Positions 38,372 to 44,244 of a DNA stretch of 64,000 bases are shown here, one piece after another. The position numbers and the translations under genes were made by a program. Positions within the stretch are counted from its first letter, which is position 1. Each line of letters begins with the position of its first letter. The stretch spans positions 202,903 to 266,902 of the forward strand of contig JAFWHO010000001.1 of NCBI GenBank assembly GCA_017515105.1, given 5' to 3'. The stretch comes from Candidatus Saccharimonadota bacterium. Lineage in GTDB: Bacteria > Patescibacteriota > Saccharimonadia > Saccharimonadales > Saccharimonadaceae. The notes beneath the pieces are model-generated. The model searched no databases and was not told where the DNA came from. It worked only from the letters and a program-made list of their open reading frames with translations.

Positions 38372-38560
38372 ATGAGCCCGCAGGAAGAAATAATGACAGT
38401 CGCAGAACTTCGTAAAATCGTTAAAGCCGAGTATTCTTCGACTTTAGTCCTTCCAAGCGATGACGAACTCAAAGATTGCATCAATCTTCTTGCTGGGCTC
38501 GCAACTTTACAATATAAACTCTCTAAGAGAGAAACCCCCAAAACGAGATACGGCGAGTAG
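38372..38560 (+). CDS. small hypothetical protein (possible excisionase/regulator position)
   Basis: 62-aa ORF immediately upstream of the serine recombinase. No motif recognised. Confidence 0.3.
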   Translation: MSPQEEIMTVAELRKIVKAEYSSTLVLPSDDELKDCINLLAGLATLQYKLSKRETPKTRYGE

Positions 38561-38642
38561 GAGAAGAACCACGAGTTCGAAACTCCACTCGCCTTTCTTG
38601 ACTTTTGGTGTTTTTCAAAGAGAATAAAAGAAAGGATACTAT

Positions 38643-40421
38643 ATGACTAAACAGTCAAATATCAAAAAACGCAAAGCAGTTATCTACGCTCGAGTTTCTA
38701 GTGAGCGGCAAGTAGATAATATGAGCCTAGGCGAGCAACAAAGAGTTTGTAAGGCTTATTGCAAACGCTACTTCAAAGATGATGTTTCGGAAGAACGTAT
38801 CTTTGTAGAAAAAGGCGAGAGCGCCAAAACCGCCAATCGAACAGAACTTCAAAAAATGCTGAAGTATTGTGCTCAACACAAGAAAGAGATTGGCTATGTG
38901 GTTGTCTATAAAGTTGATAGATTTTCGCGCAAAGTAGCAGATTTCGCAGCGCTAAAAGCAATTCTTGCAAAAATGGGCATAGCCTTGCGATCCGTAACCG
39001 AACCAATCGGAGAAGAAAGCAACACTAGTGTTCTTATGGAAAACATTTTGGCCTGTTTCGCTCAGTTCGACAACGATATGAGAGGCGAGCGAGCACAGAC
39101 TGGAATGCGAGCAGTCGCAAATGAAGGTGGCTGGACAATGTGCGCACCGGTAGGTTACATAAACTGGAAGAATGAGACAAAGAAATCGACCTTAAAGGTA
39201 GATGAAGAAATGCGAAAGCCTATACAAAAGTTCTTTACTAAGTTTGCTACTGGTCTTTATACACAAGAAGAAGCAGTCGAACTGGCAAAGAAATGTGGTA
39301 TTCGCAACAAGAAAGGCGAGCCGATGTCTAGAACTGGTATTCATAAAATGCTACGAGCACCAGTCTATGCTGGTTGGGTTTGCAACAAATCTACTGATTT
39401 CAAAATGGTAACAGGTCTTCACGAAGCACTTATAGATAGAAGTTCTTGGTATAAGATACAGGATTTGCTAGACGGTAGAACTGAAGAAGGGCTTCCGACC
39501 AGAAGTAGATTACCAAAGTATCATAAGAATAACTCCAAGTTTCCACTACGCCGTTTTTTCGTATGTAGCATCTGTGGCAAACCACTAACTGGTAGTACTT
39601 CAAAAGGTCATACGACCTGTGTTTCATACTATCACTGTCACAGATGCAGTGTGAAAAATTGCGGTCACCGTGTTTCCGTTCAGCAAGAAGAAGCACACAG
39701 AAAATTCGAGGAGTTGCTGGCTCAAATAGAGCCAGCCCCTTGGGTTCCTGCTGTGTTTAAAGAAATTGTTATAAGGCAGTGGAATGACGATTTTAAGGAC
39801 GCAATTAGGAATGTGAAAGAAGTAAATAGCAAAATTGCTGAATTAGAAAAGAAGAAAAGCAAGTTAATCGATAAATATGTCGAAGATAAGATAAGTGAAG
39901 AAGATTATAAATGCAAAATTGCTGGCTACGAACAAACCAAACGCAGTCTAGAAGCCGAAAAAGTTACCCTAGAGGAAAATAAGATAACCAAAGAAAGCGT
40001 GCTAGACACGGCAATGGAGTTTATAACTGGGCTGGTTACTACTTGGCGAAATCTACCCCTGGAAGAAAAGCAAAAGTTCCAAATTGCAATTTTTCCAAAG
40101 AAAATTACAGTGTTGCCAAATGGCGACTTTGGAACCTACGAAATTAGCCCAATTTTTCAAGAAACAACAGAGATAGAACGCACTTTAACAGACAATAAAA
40201 ACGGCTCCCCTTCGGGGGATGCCACTATGGCGGAAGCGAGAGGATTCGAACCTCCGAGACTATTGCTAGCCCACACGATTTCGAGTCGTGCGCCTTCAAC
40301 CACTCGGCCACGCTTCCGCCCCCAATTCTACCATATTCTCCCCTATTTTACAATTGCTACCAGCATTGGCGCGCAGCCCTTTTTGTGTTATCCTAAAGAA
40401 AAGGAGACAAAACCCAGATGA
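38643..40421 (+). CDS. large serine recombinase; the 3' ~65 codons run antisense through tRNA-Ser and host flank
   Basis: AVIYARVSSERQ (catalytic Ser), a resolvase fold, a recombinase domain, a zinc ribbon (CSICGKPL...YYHCHRC) and a coiled coil. The ORF has no stop until 40419-40421. Confidence 0.85.
   Translation: MTKQSNIKKRKAVIYARVSSERQVDNMSLGEQQRVCKAYCKRYFKDDVSEERIFVEKGESAKTANRTELQKMLKYCAQHKKEIGYVVVYKVDRFSRKVADFAALKAILAKMGIALRSVTEPIGEESNTSVLMENILACFAQFDNDMRGERAQTGMRAVANEGGWTMCAPVGYINWKNETKKSTLKVDEEMRKPIQKFFTKFATGLYTQEEAVELAKKCGIRNKKGEPMSRTGIHKMLRAPVYAGWVCNKSTDFKMVTGLHEALIDRSSWYKIQDLLDGRTEEGLPTRSRLPKYHKNNSKFPLRRFFVCSICGKPLTGSTSKGHTTCVSYYHCHRCSVKNCGHRVSVQQEEAHRKFEELLAQIEPAPWVPAVFKEIVIRQWNDDFKDAIRNVKEVNSKIAELEKKKSKLIDKYVEDKISEEDYKCKIAGYEQTKRSLEAEKVTLEENKITKESVLDTAMEFITGLVTTWRNLPLEEKQKFQIAIFPKKITVLPNGDFGTYEISPIFQETTEIERTLTDNKNGSPSGDATMAEARGFEPPRLLLAHTISSRAPSTTRPRFRPQFYHILPYFTIATSIGAQPFLCYPKEKETKPR
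40228..40317 (-). tRNA. tRNA-Ser (anticodon CGA), CCA encoded
   Basis: The reverse complement gives GGAAGCG-TG-GCCGAGTGGTTGAAGGCG, anticodon arm CACGA-CTCGAAA-TCGTG, a long variable arm, GGTTCGAATCC, and CGCTTCC-G-CCA. Confidence 0.9.
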
Positions 40422-41482
40422 AGAAAATTTGCCAACTATACATGCCGAGCTTCTACCGTTCGTATAACAAAGACGCAATAAAGGAAGCTACGAAAATCTT
40501 ACCCGACCTCAAAAAAATCGGTTTCTCGGGCATATATCTTATCTCTCTCTGGGAAGATGGTGGCTACGACAATGGCTTCGACGTGGTTGAATATAGCGTA
40601 AACCCTAATTTTGGCAGCGACGAAGACTTAAGAGGATTAATCCAAACAGCCCACGAGCTAGATATTGAAGTCGGCGTAGATGTTGTTCCAAACCATGTTT
40701 CAGATAAAAATATCCTAGCCAAGAATTGCCTGAACGACGTCCCGGGCTACGAAGATTGTCTCTACGTAGTGTCAAAAGAAGAAGCCGAGCGCCTCACTAG
40801 AGCGGGTGTTCCAAACATCTTCGGAGAGCTAGCCTACTCCAAGATTGGCGACAAATATATAAGAACCACTTTTGCAGATTACCACCAACTGAACCTCAAC
40901 TGGAACAGTGAGAAAGTTCAGGAATATTTCAAGTCAGTATTTAAACACCTAAAAGAAATTGGGATTGATTTTATTCGTATAGACTGTGGCATGTTGCTAC
41001 TTGAAGATGTAACGAAGGCGGACCCAAACGATCCAATGGCCTGCACGCAGCCCAAAGCCTCGATCGAAGCAATCCGCAAGGTTTCTGGGGGTATGCCGCT
41101 CTTCTTTGAGTGGTTTGATCCAGAATCAGCCAACCTTTTCGACGACTGTCCGGAGTGTTATGCCCTGGATTGCTCATATGTGATGACTGGGGAGCAGCCA
41201 GTGAAGTGGGGCCATAAGAAGCTAATTCCGCTCTTTGGTGGGCACGATCAGATGACTGTGGCCGATAGAGGTATTGATATCGAAAAAGCACTCTTGGAAG
41301 CAGCAAAATCGGAATATATTTTTCTTGATATGGCGACATTGATTGAATGGAAGACAGACCCCACTGTTCTGCCCGGCGACGAAGAGTACGACGCTGATTT
41401 AAATAGCCCGAATCAACGCTACCGTGCAAGAAGGCCGGTGGATCCGATCATCAAGGAAATGCGTAAAAAATTATTGCGCTAA
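40418..41482 (+). CDS. glycoside hydrolase family 13 (alpha-amylase superfamily) protein, compact form
   Basis: GFSGIYLISLWE...YDNGFDV, EVGVDVVPNHVS and FIRIDCGMLL match GH13 regions I and II. Confidence 0.75.
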   Translation: MKKICQLYMPSFYRSYNKDAIKEATKILPDLKKIGFSGIYLISLWEDGGYDNGFDVVEYSVNPNFGSDEDLRGLIQTAHELDIEVGVDVVPNHVSDKNILAKNCLNDVPGYEDCLYVVSKEEAERLTRAGVPNIFGELAYSKIGDKYIRTTFADYHQLNLNWNSEKVQEYFKSVFKHLKEIGIDFIRIDCGMLLLEDVTKADPNDPMACTQPKASIEAIRKVSGGMPLFFEWFDPESANLFDDCPECYALDCSYVMTGEQPVKWGHKKLIPLFGGHDQMTVADRGIDIEKALLEAAKSEYIFLDMATLIEWKTDPTVLPGDEEYDADLNSPNQRYRARRPVDPIIKEMRKKLLR

Positions 41483-41483
41483 C

Positions 41484-41511
41484 AAAAAGCCGGCATTAAG
41501 CCGGCCTTTTT
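41484..41511. terminator. bidirectional hairpin terminator
   Basis: AAAAAGCCGGC-ATTAA-GCCGGCCTTTTT between convergent genes. Confidence 0.75.
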
Positions 41512-41514
41512 AAG

Positions 41515-42390
41515 TCATTTCTTTTTATTATCAGACTTCTTAGTAAGCTTCTTCTCGGTTTTTTCATCACTCTTCTTGATATATTTGAAATACTCGTAGC
41601 TATTTTTCTCGCTCAATTTTTTCATGCTTTCATATGCCTTTTCGGCGAGCATTGCGCGATTCTCGTCCTCGCTCTTCTTTGGGTCTGGATAAAACGGCCC
41701 ATCAATATAAACATCCATTCTTGGTAAATCACCACGCTTAGTGTCTTTCCGTTTGTGGTAGGTAGTAGTCATCGTAAAAATCGGCAAATCATTTCTCACG
41801 GCATATTTAAACGAACGATCCCCTGCTGGGAATTTGCGGATATTTGTCGCAAATGGCCAAACATGTGCTTCTGGATAAATTACCAAACAATTTTTTTGCG
41901 CCAATCTTTTATCAACAGCCTCGTTAAAAGCAGTTTTTTCCTCTTTGCTCTTGCCAAGCGGCAAACCGCCAATCAGGGGCAAATATTTGCCAATGCCAGG
42001 TACCAATAGATTCACCGGGCTAATAATTGTAAAGATCCGCCGATTTGCAGCAATCGCCGGCCCAAACACATCGTGAAATGGATTTGTATGGTTTGCATAA
42101 ATAATATAACCTTTGCCACGAGCTTTCTTAAACTTCTCACGACCATGGAATTTGGTCTGCCAATAGCCACGCTCGTAGTACTGCCCAAAAACTTTAAAAC
42201 CACGATAAAGGATAGAACCATACAGCCTCTTAAATGGATTTTTGGGGATGAATTGATAGTTTTCCGGTAAACCAACCTCGATATGATTGTCTTGCTCCTC
42301 GGTTTTTATCGGATCATCTTCTTCGTTTTCATAGTAAAAAACTCTCTCGTTTTCTGGGATGTCCTTTTGAAACAATTCTGCTTTTGCCAT
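41515..42390 (-). CDS. lysophospholipid (1-acyl-glycerol-3-phosphate) acyltransferase family protein
   Basis: ANHTNPFHD is the H-x4-D acyltransferase motif. IYPEAHVWP resembles block III. Confidence 0.7.
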   Translation of the reverse strand: MAKAELFQKDIPENERVFYYENEEDDPIKTEEQDNHIEVGLPENYQFIPKNPFKRLYGSILYRGFKVFGQYYERGYWQTKFHGREKFKKARGKGYIIYANHTNPFHDVFGPAIAANRRIFTIISPVNLLVPGIGKYLPLIGGLPLGKSKEEKTAFNEAVDKRLAQKNCLVIYPEAHVWPFATNIRKFPAGDRSFKYAVRNDLPIFTMTTTYHKRKDTKRGDLPRMDVYIDGPFYPDPKKSEDENRAMLAEKAYESMKKLSEKNSYEYFKYIKKSDEKTEKKLTKKSDNKKK

Positions 42391-42629
42391 AGTTTTCCTT
42401 TGATTATGACTTCATTCTACCACCCGCCAGAAGTTAAGTAAAGAAACCCCCGTCAAGCTAATCTTGAAAAAACATTACACAAATTAAAAAAATATGTTAT
42501 AATAAAAACCGTCATCTATATGGTGATGTTCATTTATATTTTCTAGGTGGATGTCGCGATTTATCAAAGCATCCACATGTGAGACGGCGACCCCTAAAGG
42601 ATTGTCGGCTCAATCATCAAAATTTGTGT

Positions 42630-42706
42630 GTGCCCGTAGCTCAGCTGGATAGAGCGTTTGCTTGCGGAGCAAAAGGTCGTAGGTTCGAATCCTGTCGGGC
42701 ATACCA
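42630..42706 (+). tRNA. tRNA-Arg (anticodon GCG), CCA encoded
   Basis: GTGCCCG acceptor (G1-U72 wobble), D-arm GCTCAGCTGGATAGAGC, anticodon arm TTTGC-TTGCGGA-GCAAA, T-loop GGTTCGAATCC, discriminator A plus CCA. Confidence 0.85.
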
Positions 42707-42770
42707 GAATCAGAAATAAGAGAATTTATTCTCTTATTTGTGATTATGTATGGCCGAAAAAGGATAATTT

Positions 42771-42962
42771 ATCCTGTCGGGCATACCAAAATTAAAAGAA
42801 GACTCCGAAGGAGTCTTATTTTAATTCTGACATATCGGCAGGGTTCGAGCCAAGGTTCGCATCGAGCGCGAAGCGCGAGATTCCTTATCCTGTCGGGCAT
42901 GTTTCCGAGTCTCCGCAGGGGCGTATGGATTTGCGCAGCAAATCCAGTATCCTGTCGGGCAT
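42771..42962 (+). repeat. three degenerate tRNA-Arg 3'-end copies downstream of the intact tRNA
   Basis: ATCCTGTCGGGCAT(ACCA) recurs at 42771-42788, 42887-42900 and 42949-42962. It is identical to tRNA positions 42689-42706/42702. Confidence 0.85.
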
Positions 42963-42986
42963 TCTTTATTGTGCTATAATAAACCC

Positions 42987-43487
42987 ATGCAATGGGACAA
43001 AATCACTAACATAATCTTAATATCATCATTCGCCGTCTTGGCAATCTTCGTAATCTTGGCTATTTGTCAGTGGATTTCTCGTAAATCCCTCAAAAAAGTC
43101 GACAAAGAGCTCCTCTGGTTTCCTCTTCCTCTGGCTCTCATGGCTGCGACCTACGTTATTTTTGACAAATTCTTAGTTCTAAACACCCGCCCAGACGGTT
43201 CCGGCGAGCCTTCCTTCCCTTCCACGCACGTCATGGTCGTCACTACAATCTTCCTTCTTGCCGCAATCGTTTTGCCAAAATACATCAAATCCAAAGCCGC
43301 TTGCGCCGTTCTCTATGTTTTCATGCTTGCCTTCATCGCGCTAGTCGGCGTCGGCCGTGTTCTCGCTAATAAGCACTGGCTTTCGGACGTTCTAGGCGCG
43401 CTCGGATTTGCCATAGTTTTTGCCTTTATCTACTATCTAATCATAAGGAGATACAAAAATGCCAAGCATCTTCACAAAAATAATTAA
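42987..43487 (+). CDS. PAP2-family membrane phosphatase
   Basis: Start set at ATG 42987, 6 nt after TATAAT. TRPDGSGEPSFPSTHV and GRVLANKHWLSDVLGG fit the PAP2 motifs. Confidence 0.7.
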   Translation: MQWDKITNIILISSFAVLAIFVILAICQWISRKSLKKVDKELLWFPLPLALMAATYVIFDKFLVLNTRPDGSGEPSFPSTHVMVVTTIFLLAAIVLPKYIKSKAACAVLYVFMLAFIALVGVGRVLANKHWLSDVLGALGFAIVFAFIYYLIIRRYKNAKHLHKNN

Positions 43488-43842
43488 CGGTGAAATTCCT
43501 TGCTACAAAATATACGAAGACGACAAAACGTTCGCTTTTCTCGACATCAACCCCGAGACCAAAGGTCACACTTTGGTTATTCCCAAAAATGAGGTCGACA
43601 AAATCTACGAGCTCCCCGACGAGGATTACGAAGCCCTCATGTCTACCGTCAAAAAACTATCCAAACACCTAGAAGAAAAACTCGGCACTCGCACTCTCTG
43701 GAAAGTCATTGGCACCGACGTCCCTCACGCTCACGTTCATTTACTCCCGTATGACGAAACCTGGGAACATGGCCGAAATCTCAAGCTCATCCCAGAAGAA
43801 TTTGAAGAAATCCGCCAAACTTTGGAATACCCAGCAGAATAA
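43459..43842 (+). CDS. HIT family (histidine triad) protein
   Basis: IFTKIINGEIPCYKIYEDD...HTLVIPK...HAHVHLLP is the HxHxHxx triad. Confidence 0.85.
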   Translation: MPSIFTKIINGEIPCYKIYEDDKTFAFLDINPETKGHTLVIPKNEVDKIYELPDEDYEALMSTVKKLSKHLEEKLGTRTLWKVIGTDVPHAHVHLLPYDETWEHGRNLKLIPEEFEEIRQTLEYPAE

Positions 43843-43903
43843 AAAGCAGGAAAAAGTCTCGCCAATAACAGCGAGACTTTAATTTTGATCGCTACGGTGA
43901 TCG

Positions 43904-44161
43904 CTACGGCAGAGTAATTGTTTCCTTAAAATCGGACTCGTAATGTGGCCTGCCGTCATCTACCACAATTCTCCATCCGGGCTCTTTTTCACCGTAATTA
44001 GCGGCGTAAGGTGTCGACAGCGCGCCGGCCTGATAGTTCATTCCATGGGTGATTTCTATAATCTTATACCCATTTGCCGCAAGCTTCGCAGCCTTTTCTT
44101 TTGCCCCCTCGAACCCAAGCTCTTCGAGTGAGTAAAAAACTTCCTGAGCCAATAGGCTCAC
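43904..44161 (-). CDS. hypothetical protein
   Basis: 85-aa ORF. No motif recognised. Confidence 0.4.
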   Translation of the reverse strand: MSLLAQEVFYSLEELGFEGAKEKAAKLAANGYKIIEITHGMNYQAGALSTPYAANYGEKEPGWRIVVDDGRPHYESDFKETITLP

Positions 44162-44244
44162 CCCCTTTCATATTATGATAAAGGACCATTAGAAACTATC
44201 CCTATATTATACCACAAAACCCATAATTATGCTATAATGAACCC

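Larger units (their letters stand above)
33986..40227. mobile_element. putative integrative element abutting the 3' end of tRNA-Ser(CGA); left boundary uncertain
   Basis: Contains a tyrosine recombinase, a large serine recombinase, iterons and unknown cargo, and ends at a tRNA 3' end. Confidence 0.45.

Noticed and set aside
42500-42629. Two hairpins (GTGGATG...CATCCAC; GAGACGGCG...TGTCGGCTC) and a 7-codon mini-ORF upstream of tRNA-Arg, considered as a regulatory leader.
   Set aside because: The stems are short and imperfect, and I could tie them to no known leader type. They are most simply part of the tRNA precursor 5' leader.
42689-42962. Possible CRISPR-like array (short repeats with spacers).
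   Set aside because: The repeats are only 14-18 bp and identical to the tRNA-Arg 3' end. Spacers are irregular (48-98 bp) and contain tRNA debris, and there are no cas genes.
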